The notes under the pieces are model-generated. The model was not told where the DNA came from, ran no database searches, and saw only the letters and a list, made by a program, of their open reading frames with translations. Both the position numbers and the translations under genes were made by a program. A DNA stretch of 64,000 bases, taken from assembly GCF_047975725.1 (NCBI RefSeq), contig NZ_JBKEED010000036.1, positions 62,790-126,789 on the forward strand, read 5' to 3'. This document shows positions 27,472 through 38,706 of the stretch, in pieces. The DNA is from Demequina sp. (lineage in GTDB: Bacteria; Actinomycetota; Actinomycetes; Actinomycetales; Demequinaceae). Position 1 is the first letter of the stretch; each line of letters opens with the position of its first letter.

Positions 27472-27618
27472 TCAGTGGCGGCTACCGACGCTCCGGAAGG
27501 CGTAGGTGACGAACAGCAGCCCCATCAGCGCAGTGAAGGCCAGCACGCCGAATGCCTCGGCGGGAATGGGGAGCTCATTGACGACGTGGTGCGTCGCCTC
27601 AGCGGCTTCGGTAATCAC
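27472..27618 (-). CDS. 48-aa single-TM small protein (below ORF-track cutoff)
   Basis: MITEAAEATHHVVNELPIPAEAFGVLAFTALMGLLFVTYAFRSVGSRH; GAGGAG RBS; stop 1 nt before nadD start. Confidence 0.7.
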   Translation of the reverse strand: MITEAAEATHHVVNELPIPAEAFGVLAFTALMGLLFVTYAFRSVGSRH

Positions 27619-27672
27619 TCGGGGTCCTCTCCTCAGGAAGTGCTGGTCGATTATTCCATGTGGCGCGCAGGC

Positions 27673-28959
27673 TTAGTCGCGTACATGCCCGTCGCCGTAG
27701 ACAATCCACTTGGTGGTGGTCAGTTCCGCGAGCCCCATGGGCCCGCGAGCGTGCAACTTCTGCGTGGAGATGCCGATCTCCGCGCCGAGCCCAAACTGCG
27801 CGCCGTCGGTGAACCGCGTCGACGCGTTGACGAGCACGGCCGCGGTGTCGATCCGGCTCACAAACTCCTCTGCCGCCGCGAGCGACTCGGTGACGATCGC
27901 CTCGGTGTGGCCGGTGCTGTAGCGCTGGATGTGGGCGATCGCCTCGTCAAGCGAGTCGACAACCTTGACCGCAAGATCAAGGCTCAGGTACTCCGTCGCC
28001 CAGTCCTCGTCGGTGGCACTCACCACACGGTCGTGCTCGCCCGCGAGGGCCGATGCGCTGGCATCGGCATGGAGGGTCACTCCAGCGCCGCTCAACGCGG
28101 CAAGAACGGCGGGCAGCACTCGCTCGGCCGCCTCACGGTGCACGAGCAAGGTCTCGACTGCGTTGCACACGCCCACGCGCTGGGTCTTGGAGTTCATGAC
28201 GATCTCGACGGAGCGCTCCACTGGCGCGGAGGCGTCGAGGAAGACGTGGCAGTTACCTTCACCGGTTTCGATGGCAGGCACCGTCGAGTCGCGCACCACG
28301 GCCTGAATCAGGTCGCGTCCTCCGCGGGGCACCAAGACGTCGACCAGGCCGCGCGCGTTCATGAGCACGCGGGCACCCTCACGCCCGTAGGCGTCGATGG
28401 ACTGCACGGCATCACGAGGAAGGCCGGCCTGTTCGAGTGCCTCTTGCAGGACGGCCACGATGACCTCGTTCGAGGATGCCGCAGCCGAGCCACCGCGCAG
28501 CACCGCGGCGTTGCCCGACTTCAGGGCGAGCCCGGCTGCGTCGACCGTCACGTTGGGGCGCGCCTCGTAGATCATGCCGACAACGCCCATGGGGGTGGCT
28601 TTCTGCACGAGCCGCAGACCGTTGGGCAGCGTCGATCCCCTGCGCACCTCGCCCACTGGGTCGGGAAGCGTGGCAAGGAACCTCAGCGCTTCGGCGATGT
28701 CGGCGACCCGCTGCTCGGTGAGTTCCAGGCGGTCCAACAGCCCCGGCGACATATCAGCGGCACGACCGCGCTCAAGGTCGACCGCATTGGCGGCCACGAT
28801 GCGTGGCGCCTGCGCGACCAGCGCATCGGCCATCACCAGCAACGCGGCGTCCTTGGCGGAGCGAGTGGCGGTCGCGAGGGCTCGCGAGGCGAGCTTGGCG
28901 CGTCGGCAGGCCTCCAGGACCGCGGACTCGACGTCGGTGGGGATGGCGGTGTCGGTCAT
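27673..28959 (-). CDS. proA: Gamma-glutamyl phosphate reductase
   Basis: [43 protein letters not shown]. Confidence 0.96.
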   Translation of the reverse strand: MTDTAIPTDVESAVLEACRRAKLASRALATATRSAKDAALLVMADALVAQAPRIVAANAVDLERGRAADMSPGLLDRLELTEQRVADIAEALRFLATLPDPVGEVRRGSTLPNGLRLVQKATPMGVVGMIYEARPNVTVDAAGLALKSGNAAVLRGGSAAASSNEVIVAVLQEALEQAGLPRDAVQSIDAYGREGARVLMNARGLVDVLVPRGGRDLIQAVVRDSTVPAIETGEGNCHVFLDASAPVERSVEIVMNSKTQRVGVCNAVETLLVHREAAERVLPAVLAALSGAGVTLHADASASALAGEHDRVVSATDEDWATEYLSLDLAVKVVDSLDEAIAHIQRYSTGHTEAIVTESLAAAEEFVSRIDTAAVLVNASTRFTDGAQFGLGAEIGISTQKLHARGPMGLAELTTTKWIVYGDGHVRD

Positions 28960-29022
28960 GACCATCAAGTCTAGGCCGAGCACTGACATAAGCCCAGAGC
29001 GCCAGCGCGGGCGAGGCGGCCC

Positions 29023-31788
29023 CTACCGGGCGCGGGAGGGTGCGACGGCCTGCCCCACCGTCGGGATAGTGGGGGCGGGCCGCGGCTTGCCGCGACGGCG
29101 CCACCACTTGTCCGCCTCGATGATGCCCATCAGCGCGGCGGTAAGACCCACGCATGCGAGCCATTCGGGACCGGTCAGGCTCGTCGTGTCCAGCCACTCC
29201 TGAAGGAATCCCAGCTCGGTCGTCAGCACAATCAGGGCCACCGATCCCAGGCACAACCACAACGCGCTCCCCCACGGCGCCGTCAGCCCCGTCTCGGGGT
29301 CGCGCCGCAGTTGCAGTCCCGTCACCAGCGTGCCGAACGCCACGACGACGTACGCCATGGTCATTGGTGACGACGCCTGGTCGGGAGACAGCGAAGATGA
29401 CCCGACGATGAGTGGCACCAAGGCCGCGACACACAGTGCTCCCCCGTACAACAACCAGCGGCCCACGTTTGACGGCGAAGCAATGCCCTGAGAGGGATCA
29501 CGGGGCGGCTTGGACATGAGCCCACTCGGTGCTGGCTCAAGCACGATCACGAACACCGCGAACATCGCGACCGTGAAGTTGAGCATGAGCACCATCAGCG
29601 GGGTGAGCGCCACGCCTTGATTGAGATTGATCACGCTCGTGACCAGGAACAGCAGCATGAGGCCAATGAGCTGCGACATCTGGAAGGTGAGGTAGTTGGT
29701 GATCTTGCCGTAGACGACACGGCCAAGCTTGACCGCGCGCACGAGCGTCGCGAAGTTGTCGTCGGTCAGCACCAATTTGGCCGCCTGCTTGGTGACCTCG
29801 GAGCCCGTGCCCATGGCCACGCCGATGTCCGCCTGCTTGATTGCGGCCGCGTCGTTGACAGCGTCTCCGGTCATCGCCACCACGTCACCGCGCAACTGCA
29901 GTCGCTGGACTAAGCGGAGCTTGTCCTGCGGCGTCACCCTGCCAAACACCGACAGGTCGTCAAGCTTCACGTCGAGCTCGGGGTCACTCAGCGCGGCGAG
30001 CTCAGAGCCCGACATCCCGAGCCCGGGCAGGTCAAGCTCGCGCCCGATGGCGCTGGCCGTCACCACGTGGTCCCCGGTGATCATGCGCACCTGGATGCCC
30101 GCCGCCTGGGCCTCCTCGACGGCGACCTTGGCCTCGGGCCTCAGCGGGTCGATGATGCCCACGACCGCGACAAATGACAGCCCTTGCACGGCCGCCATCG
30201 GGTCGGCCAGCGCGGCGTCCTCGGCGCTGGAGTCGATCACCCTGACAGCGAGCGCAAGGGTGCGCAGGCCTTGCGACGAGCGGTACTCGATCTCCTCCGT
30301 CACCTGATCGCGGTACTGCTCGACCTCCGCCGCTGTCCCCCCGGGGAGCAGTACCGAGGCCGACCGGGCGAGCAGCACATCGGGCGCTCCCTTGACCACC
30401 ACAATGAGTCTGCGCTGACCGCGCCATTGGACGCGATGGAAGGTCGCCATGAACTTGTAGTCCGAGTCGAACGGCACCTCGGCCTCGCGCGGGAACCGCC
30501 GCCGCGTCTCGTCGGCGTCCACCCCGAGCTTCTCAGCGAGCACCACGAAGGCCGCCTCGGTAGGGTCGCCGACCACGACCCCGTCGGCGCTCACGGTGGC
30601 GTCGTTGGGAAGCGCGAGCCCGTACGCGAGGGCCGGCCCCACCTCGACATGGTCTCCTTGGGAGCGCAGCACACGGCCCTCGAAGGAGTACCCCGAGCCC
30701 TCAACGGTGAAGTTCTCCCCTCCCAGCCAGATGGTGCGCGCCATCATCTGGTTCATGGTCAGGGTCCCCGTCTTGTCCGAGCAGATGGCGCTCGTCGCAC
30801 CCAAGGTCTCGACGTCGTTGAGAGAGGCCACCACTGCCTTTTCCGCAGCAAGTTTGGACGCACCCCACGCGAGCAGCTGCTGGACAAACGTCGGCATGCC
30901 GGTGGGGATCGCGGAGATCGCCACGGCCGTACCAAGGAACATCAGCTCAGCGAACGACTGACCGCGGATCACCCCGAGCCCGACGATGATCACCACGGCG
31001 CCCCAGGCCAGGGCGCCAATCACCCGTGTCAAGGCGCCCAGTTCCTTCTGCAGGGGCGAGGGCGTGCGCTCCACGGAGGTGAGCATCGAGGCGATCGCAC
31101 CCATTTGCGTGCGCATACCGGTCGCGACCACGAGCGCCGTGGCCGTGCCGCGCGTCACGGAGGTGTTCTGGAACAGCATCGAGCGCCGGTCTCCCAAGAC
31201 GGTGCCGCTGTCCCCATAGGGTGCGGCCGATTTCTCGACGGGGGTGCTCTCCCCTGTCAGCGCCGCCTCTTGGGTCTCGAGCGTGGTCGCCCGGACGATG
31301 CGCGCATCGGCTGGCACGATATCGCCCGCCTCCAGCTCGACCAGGTCGCCTGGGACGAGCGCCGGGGCGGGCAACAACACTGTGGCTCCGTCGCGCTGCA
31401 CCCTCACTTGCGGCACTTGCATGGTGGCGAGCGCGTCGACGCTGGCCTGTGCCTTGAGTTCCTGGCGCGCGCCCGACAACACGTTGTAGACCACGAGCAC
31501 GGCCACGAGCACGGCCGTCGACACCTGCCCAATGGCTGCCGAGATGACGGTGACCGCCACCAGCATGAGGTTCATGGGATCCACCAGCTGCGCGAGCGCG
31601 AGTTGTCCGAACGAGGCGGACGGGGCTGCGGTGAGCTCGTTGGGACCCACCTTCGCGAGACGTTCCCTGGCCTGATCTGATGACAGACCCTCAAGAGTCG
31701 CTCCGACGGCGTCGGCGGCCTCTTGCGCGCTCAGCGCCCACCATGGGCGCACGTCATCGGTGCTGGTGTCGGTTGGCTCTGCCGTCAT
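29023..31788 (-). CDS. P-type ATPase, type IIA-like, substrate uncertain
   Basis: LTGES, DKTGTLT, KGAP, MITGD, TGDAVND. Confidence 0.93.
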   Translation of the reverse strand: MTAEPTDTSTDDVRPWWALSAQEAADAVGATLEGLSSDQARERLAKVGPNELTAAPSASFGQLALAQLVDPMNLMLVAVTVISAAIGQVSTAVLVAVLVVYNVLSGARQELKAQASVDALATMQVPQVRVQRDGATVLLPAPALVPGDLVELEAGDIVPADARIVRATTLETQEAALTGESTPVEKSAAPYGDSGTVLGDRRSMLFQNTSVTRGTATALVVATGMRTQMGAIASMLTSVERTPSPLQKELGALTRVIGALAWGAVVIIVGLGVIRGQSFAELMFLGTAVAISAIPTGMPTFVQQLLAWGASKLAAEKAVVASLNDVETLGATSAICSDKTGTLTMNQMMARTIWLGGENFTVEGSGYSFEGRVLRSQGDHVEVGPALAYGLALPNDATVSADGVVVGDPTEAAFVVLAEKLGVDADETRRRFPREAEVPFDSDYKFMATFHRVQWRGQRRLIVVVKGAPDVLLARSASVLLPGGTAAEVEQYRDQVTEEIEYRSSQGLRTLALAVRVIDSSAEDAALADPMAAVQGLSFVAVVGIIDPLRPEAKVAVEEAQAAGIQVRMITGDHVVTASAIGRELDLPGLGMSGSELAALSDPELDVKLDDLSVFGRVTPQDKLRLVQRLQLRGDVVAMTGDAVNDAAAIKQADIGVAMGTGSEVTKQAAKLVLTDDNFATLVRAVKLGRVVYGKITNYLTFQMSQLIGLMLLFLVTSVINLNQGVALTPLMVLMLNFTVAMFAVFVIVLEPAPSGLMSKPPRDPSQGIASPSNVGRWLLYGGALCVAALVPLIVGSSSLSPDQASSPMTMAYVVVAFGTLVTGLQLRRDPETGLTAPWGSALWLCLGSVALIVLTTELGFLQEWLDTTSLTGPEWLACVGLTAALMGIIEADKWWRRRGKPRPAPTIPTVGQAVAPSRAR

Positions 31789-31875
31789 CGCGCGCCCCTT
31801 CGGCCTCGGTTTCCCTCAGCATAGGGAGCCCGGCCTGCGAGCGCTCAGCCAGCGTCTCGACGTGCTCGCAGGGCT

Positions 31876-32991
31876 CTACATCACCACGAGCGCGTCGATG
31901 TGGATGAGTTCCCGGGCATAGCCGTCCCCCAGGCGCTCACCCAACTCGTCGGTGCTGAGGCCCTTCATCTGCTCGGTTTCCTCAGCGGAGAAGCCCGCGA
32001 AGCCCCTCGCCACCACGGCACCGTCGGGGTCGACCAGGTCGACCGGCTCCCCTGCCTCAAACGAGCCGTGCACGGCGGTCACGCCAGCGGCCAGCAGTGA
32101 CGCGCGACGGCCGCGCAGTGCTCGGGCAGCACCCGCATCGACGTGAATGGAGCCGCGGGTCCTCGCCGCATGGGCGAGCCACTGAAGGCGGTTGGTGTCG
32201 CGCTTGCCGGTGGCGTGGAACAGGGTGCCCACGGTATCGCCCGCGACGGCCTGCGCGGCGTCGGCACTCGACGCGAGCACCACCGCAATGCCCGAGGTGG
32301 TCGCGATCGATGCGGCCTCAAGTTTGGTGATCATGCCGCCCGTGCCGAGCGCACTGCCACGGCGCGAGACGTCGACGCCGGAGACCTCGTCGAGGCCGTG
32401 GACCTCGTCGATGCGCTCCGCACCAGGGGTGCCCGGCGCGGCCGTGTACAGGCCGTCCACGTCCGTCAGCAGCACCAGGGCATCGGCGTGCGCAACCGTC
32501 GCCACGAGCGCGGCCAGCCGGTCGTTGTCGCCAAAGCGAATCTCGTCGGTGGCCACCGCATCGTTCTCGTTGACGATGGGAAGCACGCCCAGGTCGAGCA
32601 GCCGGTTGAAGGCCCGCAGTGCGTTGCCGTAGTGGGCGCGCCGCATCATGTCGTCCGCGGTCAGCAACACCTGGCCCACCGTGATCTCGTGCTGCGCGAA
32701 GGCCGCCGAGTACGCCGCGATCAGCGCGCCCTGCCCCACCGATGCGGTGGCCTGGGCGGTCGCGAGGTCCTTGGGCCGGGCAGGCAAACCCATCGGCGCC
32801 AGCCCTGCGGCGATCGCGCCCGAGGTGACCAAAATCACCTGGCGACCGCTCGCACGGACCCCTGCCAGCACATCGGCCAGGCGCTGAACCACCGCGAGGT
32901 CCAGCCGGCCGTCCTGGCCCGTCAACGACGAGGAACCGACCTTGACCACCACGCGCCGCGCGGACGCGACCACCTCACGGGTGCCGTTCAC
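31876..32991 (-). CDS. proB: Glutamate 5-kinase
   Basis: VVKVGSS, NENDAV, FGDND, GTGGMITK; PUA domain. Confidence 0.96.
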   Translation of the reverse strand: MNGTREVVASARRVVVKVGSSSLTGQDGRLDLAVVQRLADVLAGVRASGRQVILVTSGAIAAGLAPMGLPARPKDLATAQATASVGQGALIAAYSAAFAQHEITVGQVLLTADDMMRRAHYGNALRAFNRLLDLGVLPIVNENDAVATDEIRFGDNDRLAALVATVAHADALVLLTDVDGLYTAAPGTPGAERIDEVHGLDEVSGVDVSRRGSALGTGGMITKLEAASIATTSGIAVVLASSADAAQAVAGDTVGTLFHATGKRDTNRLQWLAHAARTRGSIHVDAGAARALRGRRASLLAAGVTAVHGSFEAGEPVDLVDPDGAVVARGFAGFSAEETEQMKGLSTDELGERLGDGYARELIHIDALVVM

Positions 32992-33048
32992 TCGCCCTCC
33001 ATCTCAGTGATGCGCGACCGCCGGCGGTGTGCCGGACGCGCGTGCCTG

Positions 33049-34572
33049 TCAGTCGTCCTCGGTGGGATCCGTCCAGTGCCCCGCCTTGCGCTCGGTCCAC
33101 AACTCTTCGCGAGCGGCGGCCTTGCCGTCCATACGCTCCTTGTGATCGGCGCGCTTTTGCGCACGCGTGGCACGGTGCGAGCGCTCGTGCTCCTCGATGC
33201 GCAGGTCGGAGCCACGCGAGCCGAGCAGTTCCGCACCAGCAGCCATGGTGGGCTCCCAGTCGAACACCACACCACCCTCGCGGGGACCGATCACGACCTC
33301 GGAGCCAGGGACGGCGCCGGCGCGGAAGAGCTGATCCTCGACGCCAGCACGCGCGAGCCGGTCCGCGAGGTAACCCACGGCCTCGTCATTGGCGAAGTTG
33401 GTCTGGCGCACCCACCGCTCAACCTTTTTGCCACGCACCTGGTAGTAGTCCTCGGCACCGTCGCGCACGTGGGTCACGGTGAAGCCGGACTCGTCAACGG
33501 CCTTGGGCCTGATGACGATGGGTGCCTGGTCGAGTTCGGGTGCCGCCGCACGGTGCTCCGTGATCATCGCGGCAAGCGCGAAGCCCAGTTCGCGCAGGCC
33601 CTCGTGGCTCACGGCGCTGACCTCGAAGATCGGCATGCCGGTCTGGGCGAGGTCTTCACGCACCATGGCAGCAAGCTCTCGCCCGTCGGGCACATCCACC
33701 TTGTTGAGGATGATGATTTGGGGGCGCTCGGCCAGCGGGACGCCGCTGATGGCCTCGTCGCCCGTGTAGGCGCGCAGCTCACCGGCGATCACCTCGAGGT
33801 CGCGTACGGGGTCGCGGTCCGTCTCGAGCGTCGCGGTGTCGAGCACGTGCGCAATCACCGAGCAGCGCTCGATGTGGCGCAGGAAGTCATGACCAAGGCC
33901 CTTGCCCTCCGAGGCCCCGGCGATGAGCCCGGGCACGTCTGCCATGGTGAAGCGAGTCCCGCCGGCCTCGACCACGCCCAGGTTGGGCACGAGAGTGGTG
34001 AACGGGTAGTCGGCGATCTTGGGGCGGACCTTGCTCATGGCGGCGATCAGCGAGGACTTCCCTGCGCTCGGGTAGCCCACGAGCGCGACGTCCGCGATCG
34101 ACTTGAGTTCGAGGACCACGGTGGCCTCTTCGCCGGGCTCACCCAGCAGAGCGAAGCCGGGCGCCTTGCGCTTGGTAGTCGCGAGGGCGGCATTGCCCAG
34201 TCCACCGCGCCCGCCTGCGGCGATCACGCACTCGGCGCCGTCACCCACGAGGTCGGCGAGCACCTCACCATCGTGGTCCTTGACGATCGTGCCGTTGGGC
34301 ACGCCCAGGCGTAGGTCCGATGCGTTGGCTCCGTCGCGGTGGTCACCGGCACCTTGCGCGCCATTGGCAGCACGTCGGTGAGGGCTGTGGTGGTAGTCCA
34401 GGAGCGTCGTGACCTGCGGGTCAACGACGAGCACCACGGAACCGCCGCGGCCGCCGTTGCCACCGTCGGGGCCGCCGAGCGGCTTGAACTTCTCGCGGTG
34501 AACGGACGCCACGCCGTGGCCCCCGTTGCCGCCCGTCACATGCAACGTGACGCGGTCGACGAACGTGGCCAT
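33049..34572 (-). CDS. obgE: GTPase Obg
   Basis: Gly-rich N-terminal domain, [23 protein letters not shown]. Confidence 0.97.
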   Translation of the reverse strand: MATFVDRVTLHVTGGNGGHGVASVHREKFKPLGGPDGGNGGRGGSVVLVVDPQVTTLLDYHHSPHRRAANGAQGAGDHRDGANASDLRLGVPNGTIVKDHDGEVLADLVGDGAECVIAAGGRGGLGNAALATTKRKAPGFALLGEPGEEATVVLELKSIADVALVGYPSAGKSSLIAAMSKVRPKIADYPFTTLVPNLGVVEAGGTRFTMADVPGLIAGASEGKGLGHDFLRHIERCSVIAHVLDTATLETDRDPVRDLEVIAGELRAYTGDEAISGVPLAERPQIIILNKVDVPDGRELAAMVREDLAQTGMPIFEVSAVSHEGLRELGFALAAMITEHRAAAPELDQAPIVIRPKAVDESGFTVTHVRDGAEDYYQVRGKKVERWVRQTNFANDEAVGYLADRLARAGVEDQLFRAGAVPGSEVVIGPREGGVVFDWEPTMAAGAELLGSRGSDLRIEEHERSHRATRAQKRADHKERMDGKAAAREELWTERKAGHWTDPTEDD

Positions 34573-34604
34573 GGTGCCTTCCTTTCAGACGTACCCAAGA
34601 TAGA

Positions 34605-34641
34605 CGTCAGGGGCGCCGCCGTATTGGCGACGCCCCTGACG
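34605..34641 (-). terminator. Hairpin between rpmA and obgE
   Basis: CGTCAGGGGCG...CGCCCCTGACG 11-bp perfect stem. Confidence 0.65.
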
Positions 34642-34662
34642 AGAAAGATGAATGGTGTGGCG

Positions 34663-34917
34663 TTAGCCAGCAGCCACCACGTCGACGACGTTGCGGCCAC
34701 GACGGCGACCGAACTGCACGGTGCCAGCCTCGAGGGCGAACAGGGTGTCGTCCTTGCCGCGGCCCACGTTCTGGCCGGGGTGGTGGTGGGTGCCACGCTG
34801 GCGCAGGATGATCTCACCTGCGTTAACGACCTGACCACCGAAACGCTTCACGCCCAGGTACTGGGGGTTCGAATCGCGACCGTTGCGCGAGGAGCTCGCG
34901 CCCTTCTTATGTGCCAT
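34663..34917 (-). CDS. rpmA: 50S ribosomal protein L27
   Basis: [16 protein letters not shown]. Confidence 0.98.
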   Translation of the reverse strand: MAHKKGASSSRNGRDSNPQYLGVKRFGGQVVNAGEIILRQRGTHHHPGQNVGRGKDDTLFALEAGTVQFGRRRGRNVVDVVAAG

Positions 34918-34931
34918 GAGTGTCTCCTCGC

Positions 34932-35240
34932 TTACTTAATGCCGGTGACCTTGAGGCGCGTCAGGTCCTGGCGGTGGCCGATGCGCTTGCGGTATCCGGT
35001 CTTGTTCTTGTACTTCAGGATGTCGATCTTGGGGCCGCGCTCGTCACGAATGACCTCGGCGGTCACCTTGACCTTGGCCAGCGCCTTGGCGTCGGACGTG
35101 ATCTTCTCACCGTCGACGAGCAGCACCGGGGTGAGCTCAACCGAGTCACCGGCCGAAGCCTTGAGTCGGTCGACGACGATGACATCGCCCTCGGAGACCT
35201 TCTCCTGGCGGCCACCGGCCTTCACAATCGCGTACACCAT
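34932..35240 (-). CDS. rplU: 50S ribosomal protein L21
   Basis: [13 protein letters not shown]...[15 protein letters not shown]. Confidence 0.97.
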   Translation of the reverse strand: MVYAIVKAGGRQEKVSEGDVIVVDRLKASAGDSVELTPVLLVDGEKITSDAKALAKVKVTAEVIRDERGPKIDILKYKNKTGYRKRIGHRQDLTRLKVTGIK

Positions 35241-35353
35241 GAATCTGAATCCTCTACGTCTGGATGGTTGTCTGCCGCTGCCAATCTGGGCGCAGGCTGA
35301 CCCGTGACGCTTGCGCGCCGACGTACAAATGTACCCGCTTGAGCGGCCCCCGG

Positions 35354-35866
35354 TCAAACCGAGTCGGCGGCGTTTTGCGAGGCAAGAACGGATCGCGCCT
35401 CAATCGCCGCGACCCACGCGGTCATGGTCCGATCGAGGTGCTTCTGAAGATCGGTCGTCAGACGGTTCGTTGACCTCGCCAGCATCGCTCTGGCCCAAGA
35501 GTTCCGGGCCGTTATCTGTGCGTCCACCGCCCATACGACGCCGATGCGCCCGTCGGCTCCCGGCTCCGCGTCAACCTTGGTGGTGCTGGTCTGCACCATG
35601 CGCTCGCCGTGCACAGAACTGATCACCACGGGGTCACTTGCGAGCAACGCACAATGGAACTGCTGCCTCAGCAGCCCCGCGCGGGCCACCGCGGTCCACG
35701 TCACCGGCAGGCCGCGATCGTCGATCACGAGGTCGCTGAGCCCCTGGTTCACCACCGAGCAATTCCACTCGATGTCGAGCTCCGCCGCGAGGACCTCCTC
35801 GCGAGTGGCACGCACGCGCGCCCGATGGGTCGCCTCGACAGCCGTCCAGCCGATCCCTTCGGACAT
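35354..35866 (-). CDS. Hypothetical protein, possibly SRPBCC-like
   Basis: Fills the gap 3 nt downstream of rne on the same strand; fold call is a guess from length and pattern. Confidence 0.5.
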   Translation of the reverse strand: MSEGIGWTAVEATHRARVRATREEVLAAELDIEWNCSVVNQGLSDLVIDDRGLPVTWTAVARAGLLRQQFHCALLASDPVVISSVHGERMVQTSTTKVDAEPGADGRIGVVWAVDAQITARNSWARAMLARSTNRLTTDLQKHLDRTMTAWVAAIEARSVLASQNAADSV

Positions 35867-35869
35867 CGC

Positions 35870-38281
35870 TTAAGCCCTTTCCTCGCCGTCAGTGGGCTCG
35901 CCCTCGGTGGGCTCGGCCTGAGCGGGAGCGGCCTCGGAGGCACTGTCCTCAGCCTTGTCCTGCTCGCCAGACTCCACCGGCTCGGAGGCTCGCGAGCGGT
36001 CAGGAAGCTCGATCACGACCTCGGGAGCCACCGCATCGGGCCGCTCCTCGTCGTCGTGGTGGTGGGCCTTCTCCGCCGCCGCGGCGATGGAGGCCAGCGT
36101 GGCCTTGACTGCCGCGCGTGCCTCCTCGCGGTCGTCGAGGGCGTGAGTCTCTGACTTGGCCTGGCCTGCGGCCGGGTCCTCGCTGGTCTTGGGGGCGCTG
36201 GCGTTGCTGGGGGCGGCCTGCTGGCCACCCTGCGCACCGCCGCCACTGCGGCCGCTACGGCCGCTGCGACGACGCTCGGGCTGCTTCTCGCTGGCCTCAG
36301 CCACGGGCTCGCCGTGGACCAAGAAGCCGCGGCCCTTGCAGTGCTCGCAGGTCTCGGAGAACGCCTCGACCAGACCCTGGCCCACGCGCTTGCGCGTCAT
36401 CTGCACCAGGCCAAGCGAGGTGACCTCGGCCACCTGGTGCTTGGTGCGGTCGCGACCCAGGCATTCGATGAGGCGGCGCAACACGCGGTCGCGGTTGGCC
36501 TCGAGCAGCATGTCGACAAAGTCGATGACGATGATGCCGCCGATGTCGCGCAGGCGCAGTTGGCGCACGATCTCTTCGGCCGCCTCAAGGTTGTTGAGGG
36601 TCATGGTCTCTTCGAGCGTGCCGCCCTTGCCCACGAACTTGCCCGTGTTCACGTCGATGACCGTCATCGCCTCGGTGCGGTCGATCACGAGCGAGCCACC
36701 CGAGGGCAGCCACACCTTGCGGTCCATGCCCTTGGCGAGCATCTCGTCCACGCGGTGAGTGGCGAACACGTCGCCGTCGCCCACGAACTTGTGCAGGCGG
36801 GGCATCAGGTCAGGGGCGACCTGACCCACGTAGGCGCTGAGCGAGTTCCACGTGTCCTCGCCCTGAATGGTGAGCGACTCGAAGTCCTCGTTGAAGATGT
36901 CGCGCACCACGCGGATGGCCATGTCGGGCTCGCCGCGCAGCAGCTTGGGGGCCTTGCCGTTCTTGGCCTCGGCCTCGATGTTCTCCCACTGGCGCTTGAG
37001 GCGCTCGACATCGGCGCGAAGCTCGTCTTCCGATGCGCCCTCGGCTGCCGTACGAACGATGACACCCGCATCGGCCGGAATGACCTCGCGCAGCAGCTTC
37101 TTGAGACGGTTGCGCTCGGTGTCGGGCAGCTTGCGGCTGATGCCGGTGACGCCGCCGCCAGGCACGTAGACCAGGAACCGACCCGCGAGCGAAATCTGCG
37201 ACGTGACGCGAGCACCCTTGTGGCCGATGGGGTCCTTGGTGACCTGCACCATCACCGTGTCGCCAGGCTTGAGCGCGAGCTCGATGCGGCGCGGCTTGCC
37301 CTCGAGACCAGCCGCGTCCCAGTTGACCTCGCCGGCGTACAACACGGCGTTGCGGCCACGGCCCACGTCCACAAACGCGGCTTCCATACCCGGCAACACG
37401 TTCTGCACGCGACCCAGGTAGACGTTGCCCGCCATGGACTGCTGGGCCTGGTGGCTCACGTAGTGCTCGACGAGGACGTCGTCCTCGAGCACCGCGATCT
37501 GGACACGGTGATCCCTCTCGCGCACGACCATGTCGCGCTTGACGGCTTCGCGGCGGGCCAGGAACTCGGCCTCGGAGATCACGGGGCGACGACGCTGGCC
37601 GTCACGGGTCTCACGGCGACGCTGGCGCTTGGCCTGCAACCGCGTCGAGCCCTGAAGCTGGTCCTCGGACGACGACGACGATCCGCTCGAGCCGGAGCCC
37701 GACCGCGATCCCCTGCTGCGACGACGCCGACGGCGCGAGCCGCCCTCGCCGTCGGAATCCTGGGAGTCATCGCCGTTACCGTCGGAGTCCTGGGAGTCGC
37801 CTGCGTCGCTGGCGTCCTCAGCCTCGCCGGATTCGGTGTCCTCGCCCGACTCGTCGCCCTCAGCGCTGCCCTCGGTGCGCTTCTTGCCACGACCGCGGCC
37901 GCCACGGCGGCGACGACGCTTGGGGCCGTCACCATCGCCCGAGTCGCCAGCACCGTTGTCGCCGTCACCAGAAGGTGCCGTGTCAGCGTCGCCAGCAGGC
38001 GCATCGGCCGGCTTGTCGGTCTTGTCGCTGTCGGCGGGCGCGGCAGCAGGCTTCTTGCGACTGCGCTTGGGCTTGTCGGAGGCGGGCTTGTCGCCCTTGT
38101 CGGCCGATGCGCGGGCACCCTCGTCGCTCGACGTTTCCTTGGGGGCCTCAGGCTTGGTGTCCGCCTTAGCGGGCGGGCCGGCGGGCGCCGACGCGCGCCG
38201 CGAGCGCACGGGGGCGGGTTCGGGCGCCTGGAAGATGAGCGCAGTGCTGGGTGCGTCCGGTGTGGTCTTTTCCTCGCTCAA
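35870..38281 (-). CDS. rne: Ribonuclease E/G family, with disordered N- and C-terminal extensions
   Basis: GNVYLGRVQNVLPGMEAAFVD, IDVNTGKF, LRDIGGIIVIDFVDM, CEHC. Confidence 0.95.
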   Translation of the reverse strand: MSEEKTTPDAPSTALIFQAPEPAPVRSRRASAPAGPPAKADTKPEAPKETSSDEGARASADKGDKPASDKPKRSRKKPAAAPADSDKTDKPADAPAGDADTAPSGDGDNGAGDSGDGDGPKRRRRRGGRGRGKKRTEGSAEGDESGEDTESGEAEDASDAGDSQDSDGNGDDSQDSDGEGGSRRRRRRSRGSRSGSGSSGSSSSSEDQLQGSTRLQAKRQRRRETRDGQRRRPVISEAEFLARREAVKRDMVVRERDHRVQIAVLEDDVLVEHYVSHQAQQSMAGNVYLGRVQNVLPGMEAAFVDVGRGRNAVLYAGEVNWDAAGLEGKPRRIELALKPGDTVMVQVTKDPIGHKGARVTSQISLAGRFLVYVPGGGVTGISRKLPDTERNRLKKLLREVIPADAGVIVRTAAEGASEDELRADVERLKRQWENIEAEAKNGKAPKLLRGEPDMAIRVVRDIFNEDFESLTIQGEDTWNSLSAYVGQVAPDLMPRLHKFVGDGDVFATHRVDEMLAKGMDRKVWLPSGGSLVIDRTEAMTVIDVNTGKFVGKGGTLEETMTLNNLEAAEEIVRQLRLRDIGGIIVIDFVDMLLEANRDRVLRRLIECLGRDRTKHQVAEVTSLGLVQMTRKRVGQGLVEAFSETCEHCKGRGFLVHGEPVAEASEKQPERRRSGRSGRSGGGAQGGQQAAPSNASAPKTSEDPAAGQAKSETHALDDREEARAAVKATLASIAAAAEKAHHHDDEERPDAVAPEVVIELPDRSRASEPVESGEQDKAEDSASEAAPAQAEPTEGEPTDGEERA

Positions 38282-38612
38282 TGCGGGTACCTCAGATCAA
38301 TAGCGGCCCACACGCCGTATTGATGCTCTCTCGTCGGTCGTGGCTCGCAGTTCGAACGGCCACGGAAGTCTTCAGGTCGCGGCTGACAGCTGCGTTTGCT
38401 CTTGAGCGCCTATCCCCGATGTCGCCGCCGTCAGGCTTGTAGCCCGGCGGGACCGAGACGGGACTGGCTGCTACGCAAGCGCTGCGTCTGTCGCGCGGTT
38501 GGCACCCGGTGTGGCTGGGTGCGGACCTGTCCACCATTGTGACACACCCCTTGCCGCTCGCGGGGAGTTCCCACTTTGGGCGATTCGCCGTGCCTGGAAG
38601 AGCGGGGCTACC

Positions 38613-38626
38613 GGGACCAAGGTCCC
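38613..38626. promoter_or_regulatory. DosR/DevR-type box upstream of cydA
   Basis: GGGAC-CAAG-GTCCC, matching the core of the mycobacterial DosR palindrome. Confidence 0.65.
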
Positions 38627-38706
38627 AGCACCTTATACGGGCGACTGAAGGTAGGTTGAGCACAGGAAGACCAGTCCCGCTTCTGCATGATGGAGATAAC
38701 CCCCGT

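Noticed and set aside
35241..35353. Ribosomal leader or riboswitch upstream of rplU
   Set aside because: No recognisable conserved structure by eye; needs an Rfam scan
32143..38323. Long plus-strand ORFs 32143-34314 and 36314-38323
   Set aside because: Antisense to proB/obgE and rne, with no recognisable motifs
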